Positions 44,303-59,630 of a stretch of 64,000 nt of DNA are shown one piece after another (within the stretch, counting starts at the first letter, position 1; each line of letters begins with the position of its first letter). The DNA is from the human T2T-CHM13v2.0 reference genome, Homo sapiens. The translations under genes were made by a program, and so were the position numbers. The notes beneath the pieces were generated by a model. That model was given only the letters and a program-made list of their open reading frames with translations, made no database searches and had not been told where the DNA came from. Location: assembly GCF_009914755.1 (NCBI RefSeq), contig NC_060940.1, one strand, 5' to 3'.

Positions 44303-44650
<348 letters not shown>

Positions 44651-44715
44651 TAATATTATAATTTGCTTTGCCCCATTGATGGACAATTGATAGTCTAAGG
44701 TTTCCACAGTTGTTT

Positions 44716-44817
44716 ATAATCTCTTGATTAAAAATATCTTAATTTCTCTGCACCAATCAGCTCTTTTCCTTCAAAATCACTTCCACCCTTGGGATGGATA
44801 ACTTTGCCCTTCAACAT
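44716..44817. repeat. Copy 1 of 102-bp local duplication
   Basis: Ungapped alignment to 46465-46566 with 88/102 identities (counted by hand). Confidence 0.92.
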
Positions 44818-45829
44818 GGGTTGATTTTCAAATGTTTAATGGAAATAAAGACTAATTTTCTAGGGCTTTTAAGTGCTATGTTAAAAAGTCCTCTAGATGC
44901 ACATATCTTTACATTTGGAGATTACGGTTATCATTTTCAATATTACATGCTTTGAAATAACTACTCAGAAGAAAGAGATCAACAGGAACAAAATATCACA
45001 ATAGCCTTAACCACATGGGATAATACTTTCTATGTTAACCATCATAACTATCTCTGCTTCAGAGAGAACAAGTGTTTTTTCTTTACAATGATGTTCCATA
45101 GGCAAGTAATGAGTTACTGCATAATATTAGAAAATAGTGAGGAAAATAAGTCACATTATACTCATTTTTCCCAAAGTGAAGCTTGCAATGTCTTAGAAAA
45201 GACTTCTGGCTTGGCTTCCTGTTGGTTTCTGGCTTTGGTCTCAATCTCTATTGTTCTCTACTCAACATGTAATCATCATTAAGGCATGTGATACAGTGCA
45301 GCCAAAACCTAGCTATAAAACAGCAGGTATGGCATGATTGCCTTTCAGAACATAAATGTAAATACAGAGTGTGTATATGCATAAAGAGTTTGGAAAGATT
45401 TTCAAGTGATTGTCTTTGGGTAAGATTATAGGTATTCTCTGGTCTCTTGGTTTTGCTTATTTATATATCCTGATTTTCTATAATGAATATGTATGAGTTT
45501 TATATTTTAAAAAATTTTAATAAACTCGTTTTTGTTCTACCTATAGACTTACAGAGAGTTTGGGTCAGCAAATCCAGTGCACCGTGCTTCCTAGCCAGTT
45601 AGATTCTTTATAACATCTTTGGAAAATAAATAAGCTTATCTAATAATGAGTTCTGAAATTTCTGAAGTCAGAGGCAGATAGCTGGGCAAGCCTCAGGAAT
45701 ATCTCATGCCTAATGGTACTCAACATAGCAATAATTCATAAGAGTCCAAAGGCCAAAGGAGGGAGGTAGAATCAAAAGGGTAGCTAGAGTAATTCTGACC
45801 CTGGCAAGAGGAAATCTGCATTTGATCGA

Positions 45830-45990
45830 AGCACTGGTGTGGTTCAGATAGATCTGGATGTGAGTCACGGCTCTAGCACTTGAAGAAAAATAGTTGTATA
45901 AGGATAAACAACTTATTTATCTGTGCGTCAGTTTACTCATTTTTAAAATGAGAAAAATAATGGTAACCATGTCTTGTGAAGACCATGGTT
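45830..45990 (+). mobile_element. MIR
   Basis: cagatagatctggatgtgagtcacggctctagcactt..tcagtttactcatttttaaaatgaga. Confidence 0.7.
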
Positions 45991-46464
45991 CCCAAAAAGT
46001 TGGAGTCAAGAACTTAAAATGGCAGGCTCTGATCATATACCTTCTGTCCATAACTCTGAATTTTCTCCCAAAGTGGAATAGCAGGACTTGTTATTCATAA
46101 CCTGAATCATGGTTCAAATAAGAACCTTTAAGTAGCTATTTAAGATTATCAAAGATCTGAAAACATAGCAAAAAAATTAGCTCAAAATATCAGAGAAAGC
46201 AGAAGAAGCCCAAAGATGGAAGCAGAGTACTAAAGCTTTTTTTGCCCTAAGCGCATTTTCCAAAAAAAAAAAACAAAAACAAAAAAGCAAACTTCTCTAA
46301 ATTAAATGGGATCTCAAAGACTTAACACCCTCAGAATAAGAGTAAGTGCTACCCCCAGCCCTCCTTCACTCTCAGGGGACTGACTTAAAGTTGTCTGAGC
46401 ACTGAATAGAGCAGAGAGAAAAAAATGACATCAAAAAGCTATCCTCACTTAGATTTGCAGAATA

Positions 46465-46566
46465 ATAATTCCTTGATTAGAAATATTCTAATTTATTTTT
46501 ACCAATCAGCTATTTTCCTCCAAAATCACTTCCACCCTTTGGATGGATAATTTTGCCCTTCGACAT
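46465..46566. repeat. Copy 2 of 102-bp local duplication, inside the L1M 5' region
   Basis: See 44716-44817. Confidence 0.92.
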
Positions 46567-47474
46567 TTTTTAAAGCTAAGTAATCACATTAGCTAAGTAA
46601 TCAAAAACGAAACAACAATAACAACAAAAATTAAGGTGACAAATTCAACTTAGGGTGGTCTTGAAGGTACTTCTCTTAGGTGCCTGGCTAAGCAGATTTA
46701 ACTCCTGTATGGAGGGAGTACCTTTATCCTAGGTCTCAAAACCCACAGATAGTGATTTTCAAGGACATTAAATAGCTCAGAATAAAAAGAAATGCAAGTA
46801 TGTTAGGGAAAAATGCAAAAGAACAACTATGTCAGGAAGAAAAATAGAAAAAGACAAATGACCAAAACAGACCTATACACATAAATTATAAGGCACAGTT
46901 TATAAGACACTTACGATTATCAAGGTGTAATAAACAAAATAAGAATAAAAATTAAGCTTTAAAATATATGCAGGACACTATAAAAATATGTTCTAACAGA
47001 TTTGATAAAGTACAAAAGAGAACTTCTAGAAACAAAAAATATAGAAATTGAAATAAAAAACACAATAAATCCATATAACAGCAGATTAGAAACAGCCAAA
47101 GAGAAAGCAGGCAAATGGGAGTATTAGTCAGATGAAATTATCCAGAATACGAGGAGAAAAAAAAAAGCAGGGAAATGAAGAAGTTAAGACTCAGGGGATG
47201 ATATAGTAAGAAGGCCTAATCTATTTTATGGGAGTTCTAAAAAGAGGATAGAGAGAATTGGCAAGAATTATTTAAAGAGAAAATGAGTGTTTTCTAGAAA
47301 GTAATAAGAAACAACTGTCCACAGGTTCAGTTTGAGAAGCTGTTAAGATCCAAAGCAGTATTAAATAAAAAAGGAAGAAAGCAACACACACTTGGAAACA
47401 TCACAATGAAACTACAGAATACTAAAGACAATATATACAATCTTAAGAACAGTAATAATATAATAAAAAGACAA

Positions 47475-47831
<357 letters not shown>

Positions 47832-47921
47832 TCAAAAGACAGTAGAATTAATCTTCATTATGGTAAAATAAAATACTTAAAAAATTAGAATTCCATATCC
47901 AGAGAAAACATCTTTTAAGAG

Positions 47922-48302
47922 TGTTTTAAACCCTCTACACAGGGACAGGATAGACCCTCACCAAAAATCTGGTTTGGATGTTGAGAATGATGATGTCATA
48001 CACACACCAAGAAGATGTGAAAAGATGTATTACTTATGTAATTGAGTCTTTTCTGGGAAGAGCTTAGAGGGCAAGGAAAGGAGATTGGCATGGGGCTTTT
48101 ATAGTGGTAAGGAGGTGGACCCAAAGTGAGGGCTCCCACATGTGGGCAGGAGCTTATGTGCTACCACTCGTACCAAGGAGAGAACACTTTGGCTTTTTTA
48201 TAAGCTTGCCCAGTTGTGGATCATAGGGAAAGAAAAATAAGATGAGGCTTAAAAGCAGTCAGCAGTTAAACACCAAAAAATGAAGTTAGAGTCCTTATTA
48301 CA
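47922..48302 (-). mobile_element. Solo LTR (ERVL class, LTR53-like)
   Basis: Minus strand TGTAATAAGGACTCT..CTATAAAA..AGTAATACATC..AAAACA; 5-bp TSD aagag / aacag; splits contiguous L1 sequence. Confidence 0.72.
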
Positions 48303-49816
48303 AACAGTAATAGAGGAAATAAAGACTTCTTTTAAACAAGTAAAAACTGAAGATTTGCCACTGGAATATTCTCACTAAAGAAAATAAAATTTTTTGAGAA
48401 GGCAGAAGGAATCCCAAGAGGAAGTTCTCAGATACAAGAAGAAGATAAAAGAAAGAGCTAAATATGTGGACTCATTCAAATGAACATTGACACGAAATTA
48501 ATGACAATTCTTGGAAAGAATTTAGACACATGTATGACAAAATTATGTATGTTTGAAAGGGAGTAAATGAAGTTAACGTGTTAAAGGTATTGATTAGCTG
48601 GAGAAAGTGTCTGGAGAAACTGTAAAGGTATTGATTAGCTTTAGATTTTGATAAGTATACCTCCTGCAATTTCTAGGAAAAATAAATAAAAGAATGAAAA
48701 TAAAGTGTATTATTTCCATATGAATACAAAAAATAGAATGATGAAAAATAATTAGAGAATACAAAATACAATGGCAAATTTAACACTGATTGCATTAAAC
48801 ACAAAAGTAAATGAACCAACAGCCCCAATTCTCCAATTAAAAAATAAATGGCAGACTGAATAAAAACAAAATCAATTCATAATGATGTTTATAAAAGACA
48901 TATCTACAAAATAAAGATACAAAATATTGATACTAAGAAGATAGAAAAAGAAAGAACGTGAACATATCAACCAGAAGAAAAGTGGTGTAGCTATATTAGC
49001 AAAAGTATAGATTTTAAAACAAAAAGTATTGACAAAGAATGTTACTTTATTGTAATAAAGATTTAATCTACACTTGTCTTGCTAATTATTGGATGGACAG
49101 AAAAAAGTCAATGAGAATAAAGAAGATTTAAATAACATGATTAACAAACTTGACCTAATAACCTGTGTGGAACATTATACTCAGCAACTACACAACAGAT
49201 TTCTTCCCCAAGTACACACAGAACACTTACAAAAATTCACCATATGATGATCCATAAAGCAAGTTTTAAACAACTTCTAAGAACTGAAATTATACAGAGC
49301 ATTTTCTCTGATCAGACCTCAATTAAACAGAAATCATTAAACAAAAATAAAACTAGAAAATCTCCCATCAGTTTGGAAATTAGAGAAATATTGTTCTAAA
49401 TAACTATGGCCCAACAAAGGAATCTAATGGAAATTGCACATCTAAAAATGCATGGTAATGAAATACACTACATATAAAAACTTGTGAGATATAACTAAAG
49501 CAATACAAATTTATTAGTGAAAATTCGGAAAAGTTATGAAGGGCAATGACTACTTTCCCATTTCTAAATTGTGTAAAAATAGAAAAAAAACCCACCCAAA
49601 ACAAACAAAAGGGAGTGAAAGTAAAATAGTATATAAACTAGATTTAATAAAACAGAATGTGTTGAAAAACTAAAGGTGGTTCCTTGAAAGGAGTAAAATT
49701 GTAAAACATTTAGTGATAAAGAATAAAGAAAAGGTAAAAGGCATTGAAGAAAGAAATATGAAGAATGAAACAGAATATGACTGCAGATGGTGCCATCATT
49801 AAAAAGATAAAAAGAG

Positions 49817-50163
<347 letters not shown>

Positions 50164-50754
50164 TTAAGTACAACATTTAACAAAATTGGCTAGATACTTT
50201 AGTAGTCTAATAACTATTGAGAAAAATTGAAATGATAATCAAAAATTTTCCGACAAATAGAAGTTCAGGTTCAGATAGCTTCACCAGTGAGTTCTATTAT
50301 ACATTCAAGAACAAAACAATCCTATAAAAATTAACCCCCAAAATAGAAAAACAAAGGAGCTCTTCTTCAGTTCTTTTTATGAGGGCAACTTTACCTTGAT
50401 ACCAACCCCTAATGATGACATACACACAAGAAAAATTATAGGTCAATGTCATTCATGAACATAGATATGAAATTCCTAAAAAATTTATTACTTAAACAAT
50501 TCCAGCAATTTAAAAAGGTAATACAGCATGAATAATTTGGTTGTAAACCAAATTATTGTTGTATGCAAGGTAAATTAAACATGAGTAAATAATGTATTTT
50601 ACATTGATAGATTAAAGGAGAAAACATAATTATTTCAATAAGAGGCAAAAAATTGATAAATGTGTAAACTCATTTTTACTAAAAAAAGAGATAGCTTAGC
50701 AAACTAGAAATTAAAATAACTTTTTAAAAAAACAATAGGTTATCTCTCTTCTAA

Positions 50755-51075
<321 letters not shown>

Positions 51076-51990
51076 TAATCATCACATTTAAAGATGAAAT
51101 ACTGAGATTTCCTCATTTCGCATCTTTGAGATTTCCATCTTTGAGACTGGAAAAGATAAGGATATTCATTTTCACTTCTACTGAGCATTGTTCTAGAGGT
51201 CACAGCCAGTACAAGGCAAAGCAGAAGAAATAAAATATAAGGATTAGAAAGAAGGAAACTAAACTGCCATTATTCTTACATAATTGTACATGTAGAAAAT
51301 CCAAACTAATCTAGTAATTATTAGAATAGGAGACTCTACCAAGTCCCCTGATGCAAAATTGACATATGAAAATCAATTGCATTTCTATACATCAGCAAAA
51401 GACAGTTAGAAAATAACATTTAAAAGATACTGATTACATTAACGTCAAAAGGGTTGAGTAAAAATAAATCTAACAAAAAATTTATTCCAAAATTGAATAC
51501 ATGAAAATACAAACAATCTCATTAATAATTATGGTTATGCAAACAATTATGATTATGTAAAATTTAAAAATGCAAGTGATACCATTTCCACTAAATTGGC
51601 TAAAACTAAAAACCCTGGTATTACCAAGTATTGAGGAAGCTGCTGAGTGACAGGAATTCTAAAACACTTCTAGTGAGAGTATAAAACAAAAAAAACACCT
51701 TGCAAAACCATTTGACATTTAATAGTCATGCTGAAGATGTCATGACTTCTTCATGAAGACCCATTATTTCTACTCCTGGGTACATCCACTCTAGAGAAAT
51801 TATTGTACATTTGTGCCAAAATACTTATGCAATAATGTATACATAGAAGCATTTTTGCAAAATCCCTAACTGAAAACAACCCAAATGTCTGTCAAGAATA
51901 AAATATGTAAATAAATGTTGGTGTAATTATAGAGTGGAGTATTATGCAATGATGAAAATGAACAAACTATAGCTACTCAGTCACTTGAAT

Positions 51991-52200
51991 CAGGGGTTGG
52001 CAAACTATAGACCCAAATTTGATCTGTTTTTGTAAACAAAGCTTTAGTGGAACACAACCATGCTTATCCATTTACATGTTGTCTGTGGCTACTTTCAAGC
52101 TGCGATAGCAGAACTGAGTACCTGCCACAGAAATCATGTGGTCCACAAAGCCAAAAATTTTCACCAGGTGGCCCTTAACAGAGTCAGATGTCAACTCCTA
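51991..52200 (+). mobile_element. MER58A hAT-Charlie element
   Basis: caggggttggcaaacta..tgtttttgtaaacaaag..tggaacaca..tcaactccta; 8-bp TSD acttgaat / acttaaat. Confidence 0.85.
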
Positions 52201-53024
52201 ACTTAAATGAATCTTGCAAGCATAATGTTGACCCCCCAAAAAAGTAACCAAGAGAATACATACCAAATTATTTCATTTGCATTAAGAACCTGATGAAACT
52301 ACATTATATTGTTTAGGGATGCATACATATGTTGTAGAATTTTAAAGCAACACAAGGAAATGATCATCTCAAAAGGATTGAACTGAGTTACCTCTAGGGA
52401 GGATCAAGGGGTTGGGATGGGAGAAGAAATCAAAGGGAATTGGGAGCTAACAATGACATTCCTTAATCTGGGCAGGAGATACATAGGAACTTTATCCAAT
52501 AACCTTAGTGTGTGGGGGTGTGTGCCTGTGTTTTACATAATTTTCTGGTTGTATGCCAAATTTTTCACTTAAAGTAAAACACAATAAAGTACTTCCACCA
52601 TTATCTAGTTTATAATTTTAAAGCAAACTGTAAAGTAAAATGTTTCAATTATATTCAAATTTAAACAAGAAAGACTTAGTCCTATATACATAAAAATAAC
52701 AATAGACTCAAGTTCTGATTACCCTTTTCTCATTCTTTCTAAATTTCAAACATGATTTATATCAAAATGTTAAGAACAGCCAATGCAAAGAAAATTGTTT
52801 GCCAAGCTTCAGTCACATAATAAACTATTTTTCTTTTCTAGAAATGCAAATCCTGGGATAGAATGCCAGTGTGTATAACATATTAGCTAGTGTTAACACA
52901 GAAATTCCACTCTTGCCAAAATAGCTTTAAGAAAACAAGTTTTCCTTTTTAAAAGTAATCATATTTTTCCTTTGCTTATTAGCATTTAGTATACAAACAT
53001 ACAAAAATGGCTCCTAATTATTTA

Positions 53025-53890
53025 GTAGCAGCTTTACTGAAATGTAGTCCATATACGGTAGAATTCACCCATTTAAAATGTACAATTTGGCTGGGTGTAG
53101 TGGCTCACGCCTGTAATCCCAGCACTTTGGGAGGCCAAGGCAGGAAGTTCACCTAAGGTTAGGAATTCAAGACCAGCCTGCCCAACACGGCAAAACCCTG
53201 TCTCTACTAAAAATACAAAAATTAGCCGGGCGTGGTGGTGCATGCCTGCAATCCCAGCTACTTGGGAGGCTGAGGCAGGGAGAATCACCTAAATCCGGGA
53301 GGCAGAGGTTGCAGCGAGCCAAGATCGCGCCATTGCACTCCAGCCTGGGTGACAGAGCAAGACTCCATCTCAAAAATAAAATAAGTAAAATGTACAATTC
53401 ATTGGATTTTCGTGTACTCTCAGAGTTATGCAACCATCACCACAATCAATGTTAGAACATTTTATCATCTCCATAAGAAACCTAGTACCCTTTAGCAATC
53501 ACCCTCTCAAACCCCCATCTCCTTTCTCCCCCAGTCCTAGTCAAGCACCCACTATTTATTTTATATCTATATAGATTTGCCTATTCTGAACATTTAATGG
53601 AAGTGAAAGCATATGACACGTGGTCTTTTTTGCCTGGCTTCTTTCCCTTTGCATAAGGTTTCGAGATTCATCCATGTTGCATGTGTCAGTACCTCATTTC
53701 TTTCTATGGCTGAATAGTATTCCGTTGTATGGATATACCACATTTTGTTTATCCATTCATCAGCGGACAGACATTTGAGCTGTTTCCACCTTTTGACTGC
53801 TATGAAAAATGATGCTATGAAGATTTGTGTACCAGTTTTTCTATGAACACTTACTTTTCTCTTGGGTATATGTTGACGAATGGAATTAAT
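53025..53890 (-). mobile_element. L1MB-type 3' end, interrupted by an Alu
   Basis: cagctttactgaaat..aattcacccatttaaaatgtacaatt..gcaaccatcaccacaatc..gatttgcctattctg..tggatataccacattttgtttatccattcatc. Confidence 0.88.
53089..53384 (+). mobile_element. AluSx-like
   Basis: Full Alu; TSD taaaatgtacaatt. Confidence 0.93.
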
Positions 53891-54231
53891 GCTAATATTT
53901 TAATATTTGACTGTAAGTCAGAAGACAAATTATAATACTTCATTTTAATAGAGAGTAGATGCTGTGAAATAAATTTCTATTTAGTTTTCTAAAGCTAATT
54001 ATCACATCACTTGGAAGTACATATAGCTTTTACTGTGATAATACATTACAATTAACATTACATTTATTCTTGTGACCACTATAATCAAATTTGTTCAACT
54101 GGAATATATGAATTTCAGGAAATACTAGCCTTTTAAATTCATGGAAATTTTAAAAAATGTTTCTCATTTATTGAGAATTCTCCAGGCTAAAATAAAAATC
54201 CTTCTAATTTTCTTTATTTAAAAATAGAACT

Positions 54232-54516
<285 letters not shown>

Positions 54517-55452
54517 AGAAATAGAAATTTTATGACGTATCATCCACTTGTATAGTCAGAACCCAACTGCGTAACTCCAAATATGGTTACCATTTTTTAA
54601 TAATACCAAGTCTTCTGTAATTTAAAATGATTTTTAAAAGCAGGCTAAAACAAATGGATAATTTGAAAATTTAGCACAAAACTATTAACTAAGATTTTCT
54701 TAAAAGGTATTCTGTAAAACTACATCTTTGTTCGAGATTTATCTATTTGCATAGCAGTATAACAACCAAAATTTCCAATTTTGGTATTACCATTTTGACT
54801 TAAAAATAAACATAAATAATGGACGCATTATTTACCAAGAACTACTATAATCAGGTGGCACTAACTTTCCCCCCATATCCACCCAGATTCTAAGATAGGT
54901 AACCAAAGAGAAACGGAAAAATTAAGAGTTGATAGGAATTAAGGAGAAAGAGATGGAGAGAGATGGCAAAAAAGGAAAAACAATAGAAAGGAGATGTGGT
55001 TGGATTTCATTCTTGCTGAGAAAATCTACCGAAATATATATGGTTCCCGCAGTATGCACTTTGGATGGATATGTAAGTAATGGAAGAAAGACACAGAAGG
55101 GTGACAGGACAAAACCGAGCATCACATTTGGCCAATTGGCCCTTATGACAGGCAGGGATTCACACAACATCTCTGCAGCCAAAAATGTACATACGTGCAA
55201 AAACAACCTTGTCTGCTGGAGGACTCAGGGAAGAGAAGGACCCTGAAGTAGCTTCAAAGAACATCAGCATCCTTCACACTAATTAAAACCTACTTTTATT
55301 TCATTTATATAAGGGTGTCAGGTTCGATTAGAAGCCACGTACAATTTGGCTCTGAGAAGAACGGTAGCTTTCTCTCATGAAGAAAAACAAAGGAAGAGAA
55401 GTAATTCCTAAATGTTACCCTCAGAGATTCCCAGGGCACCATGCGCACTCAC

Positions 55453-55523
55453 AAGGTCTTAATGTCCCTGGGGAGGTGGCTACAGGCTCTGTTGTCAGCT
55501 GTATGGAGAGCTTTCAGGCTCCC
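55453..55523 (-). other. Candidate 71-nt exon (unverified)
   Basis: CTGTATTTCTATTTCAG| ... CTT|GTGAGT on the minus strand. Confidence 0.25.
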
Positions 55524-57356
55524 CTGAAATAGAAATACAGTATTCTTAGTTAACTGGATACACAAATTCATTAAGCAAGCAAAGCATGGCAAAGTCTATC
55601 CTCCATTTGCAGTTCTGTGCCCCAATGGGAGAAGAGTATAACTGCATTCTCTGTGGTTTATCTGTGTATACTCATCTGGGCGTATATCGTGTACATGCCT
55701 TCTTATTGCATGCGGTTCCAAAATACTTCGTTCAAGTTTCCTTATTAGCAGCAAGTGGGTCTGTTGAAGCTTAACAAAGCCATTTAATAAAAATAGAGCC
55801 ACCCAAATGAACATGGATTGAAAAAAAATTTTAGATTGATGGAGCGAGGTTGGTCACTGTAATTACGGAAGGTGTATCATTTCCTAAGCTCTCTTTGCAT
55901 TAAGTGTATGCCATACATACATCAGACATAATTAGCACTTTAGGTGACAATGATTTGATTTCTTTCCTTGTAATAAAAGCCCTCTGCGTTGGCATATACA
56001 TTCAGAACGGGAAATTGAACACTGTTGCTGTTTATTCACCCGAGGCAAAATTTAGGACGAACTAGGGAAAATACAAGGAGGGCTTACAGAACAGCCCTTT
56101 GTGAATTTTGCAAACAGAAAAAGAAAATAGTTCAATAAAAAGCTTTTAAGGATCACAGTCAAACGTGTGCCTTTTAAAAGCAAAGGATTTCTATGGAACG
56201 CTTCTCTACTTTTAAAGTCAGCATTTAACTTTCCTTTAGATGTGAACAAACCCACACTAAATTGATTTGTAGACACAACTGCAAAACTGGACACATTTAA
56301 ATTACTGTGTATGAACCAGAAAAATATTTGTGCTGCCTTCTCTGAGGGCACAGAAGAAAATGGTTTTTAAAATTATTTCTAATAAATATCAATCCTTCCT
56401 GCTCCTTCTCTGCCACAATTAAGAATCATGTTAATCTGCATTTCTGTGGATTAAACCATTTATATAAACATTAAAGATTTTTTTAAAAGGGAAAAAGGAG
56501 AAACTGAAATGCAAGTTGCTGATCTGTTGTATATGGCTCATAAGGGATACTACATCCTCTTGAAATCTGTAGCCCCACGAGAAACACAATGAAAACGTGC
56601 TTTTGCATTTAAATCTTCTTGAAAACCCATTTTCTTCTCTTTTTCATCAAAAACAAAATGTGACAGGTGGGTTAGTTAATTCCTTTATTGCATAAGTTAA
56701 TCAGAAATTAAGTCATAGATAATGATTGTTAAAATAAACATCTCTAAACTAAACCTAATTTTGTTAGTTAACTTCATGCAAACCTTCCCACTTGCATAGA
56801 ACTTGCTGACCTTTTGCTTTAATCCTAGGATCTATCTGTTCTACTAATATGCTGATCTACACGTATCTACTGACCAGTTAGAGGGTGAATTGCATACCCA
56901 TATCTACTCCAATGATTCTAAAATCCTCACAGTGTCACAAAAGTGAAGACTGTATGAGAGATGCTTAAACTGCACATAACACAGCTGTTCCTAAGGATCT
57001 TCATTTAACATTTTCTTAAACTTCTATGGACATTTTACTGACTTAAATAAGAATATCTGAAAATAAAGGAAATAAAGGGTCCGGTTTCTTGTGTGAGTTC
57101 CTATTTCAGAAACTTATAAATAATAAACCAGAAGCAAAGAAGCCTTTGAAAAATCAGTATGAAGAGTAGGTTATGATGTAAACACATTTTGCCTCAATTG
57201 TAAAAAACAAACAAAAAACAGAAAGAAAATACAGTACCTGCTTAGAGCTTTGCAGAGTTAACTCACTGTAATTTGGAACATATAAGCATGAAAGGAGTTC
57301 AACAGTTGGATACATCATATACTTTTCCAAGCACAGATTTTTAATAAAGGATGTAT

Positions 57357-57716
<360 letters not shown>

Positions 57717-59349
57717 TTAACTTGAGCCAGATGGAGTTTAAGGTCACAGACAATAAAAAGTACTATTTATGTATTCTCCCAGATGATTGTATATTATTCT
57801 GTTTTCTCAACATAAGAAAGATTTCATTTAGAAACTCAAATCTGATTTTTTCAGGTTTGCACCTATAACGTAGGTCATTCTTTTTTTTTTTGTTTTTTTT
57901 TTAAGGATAGACACAACGGACCAATTTTTTTTTTTTTTTTAAGAAAGAATCATGTTACACAAGAACTCAGGGTTGCCAAGCCAGGCTGTACTTGATAAAA
58001 TGCTGTGGCAGGTGACAGCTGAGCTGCACTCTCTGATCATGCATTATTATGTGAAAGAGAGTTATGTTAAAACCCTGATATTACAAGGTGATATAATCAT
58101 CTGTTACAGAAATAGTTGTTAAATCAACTAGTTACTAAATAGCATTATAACCAATTATTAGCACTTTTGCGCAAGTGTAAAGCCTTTTCCCAGATTTTTT
58201 TGGCTTCATACACAGAATTTTACATCTGTGACATGAGATTCTTTTTTTCTCTCTCACGCAGAAATATTAAATATCCATGACCCACGGTCACAGCGTTTCT
58301 CCCTTATTTCTCATTAGATGGATATCTCTTACCTTGACGAGACACATGCACGTATATACATAACATACATATGGGATGTCAGAAAACACTTTCGATTTTT
58401 CTTCCATACCCCCCAGGATGATGTGGGAACCTTATGTCAAAAGCCCTCACTTTAGAACAATAAATAAATAAACCAGCCACAGCCTTCCTGAGGCTGGCAA
58501 ACTCTAGCATAAGTAATTCAAGAGGCTGAGAGATGCCAGATAAATTTGATTACTATAAAAGATGGGAATATGTTTCTTTCCTTTGAGAATTCACAAAAAG
58601 GGGTCAAAAACAAAGCAATGCTGAAAGCGAACAATTTCATTTCGCCTGCAATTCAAGGCGAAAATTCAAAGGCAATTTTGCAAGAACATTTTATCACAAT
58701 TTTATAGACCCTCATTTCCTGCACACATCACAATCTTTAATTTCTAAAAGAAGAAGGCAAGCAAAGGGGAAGTGGGCGGGGGAGAAGGGGTGAGGAGGCA
58801 GAGGCCAACCGTGAGGGGCTTTTTTTTCTTCTTCTTTAAGATATAAATGCAGATATTTATAAAGCAGTGAGAGATTTGTAAATCTTTCTTCAAAGCTGAA
58901 CCTACTGCTGGGATCGTGATTTGCTAAAAGCTGCTATAGGCATACTCCAAAACTCAGCAGGGTCATCTCTTCCCTTCCAAAAAAATAAAATAAAATAAAA
59001 AAGAAAAGAGGTTGGGTTGAGTGGGGGAGGAGTGAAAGCCATTCTGATTTGTAGCGTCTTGACAGACATGAGTTTGAGAAAACTGTTTGCATTTCATACC
59101 TTCTCCTTGACTATTTTTCCTTTCCAAAGACACAACAAGAACATCTGAAATTCAGTAGCTTGCTTCCCATCTTTTTGTCTAATTGACTCTCCTTGATGCT
59201 GTTTGGAAATGGCAGGTCATTTCTCAAAGCCAAGCTGTCAGGTAGCCCTTTAGCAGGTCACGATCTAAAGACAAATGCAACAGGCATTCATCCAAGGGCA
59301 CCTTGACCACCTCCACTCCCCACCCTGCAGGTCTTGCCTGGTACAATGA

Positions 59350-59630
59350 ATGGCACAGTTCATGTGGAGCACAAAGATCTAGTTTCCAGTTCCAATTTTG
59401 CCAACAACTTCCTGTATGATCCAAAGGAAAGCCACAAACTCGCTCTCATTTCCTAGTGGGAATAAAAAATAGAAGTCCTACTGGCTTTCCAAGATAGCAA
59501 GGATAACAGAAAGCAACACGGGTTTGAAAGCCCTTGGCTCATTTTGTACATAAATGCATCCCTAAGACCCAGAATGTGTCTGGGACAAAGGAGATGCTGA
59601 ATAAATGTTTGTTAACTAAGGAATGAATGC
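59350..59630 (+). mobile_element. MIR followed by L2 3' end
   Basis: agatctagtttccagttcc..ctgtatgatcc..ctcatttcct; tgctgaataaatgtttgttaac..gaatgaatg. Confidence 0.55.

Noticed and set aside
58240-58320. Strong plus-strand acceptor ctttttttctctctcacgcag
   Set aside because: All three frames stop within 60 nt and I saw no convincing donor nearby.
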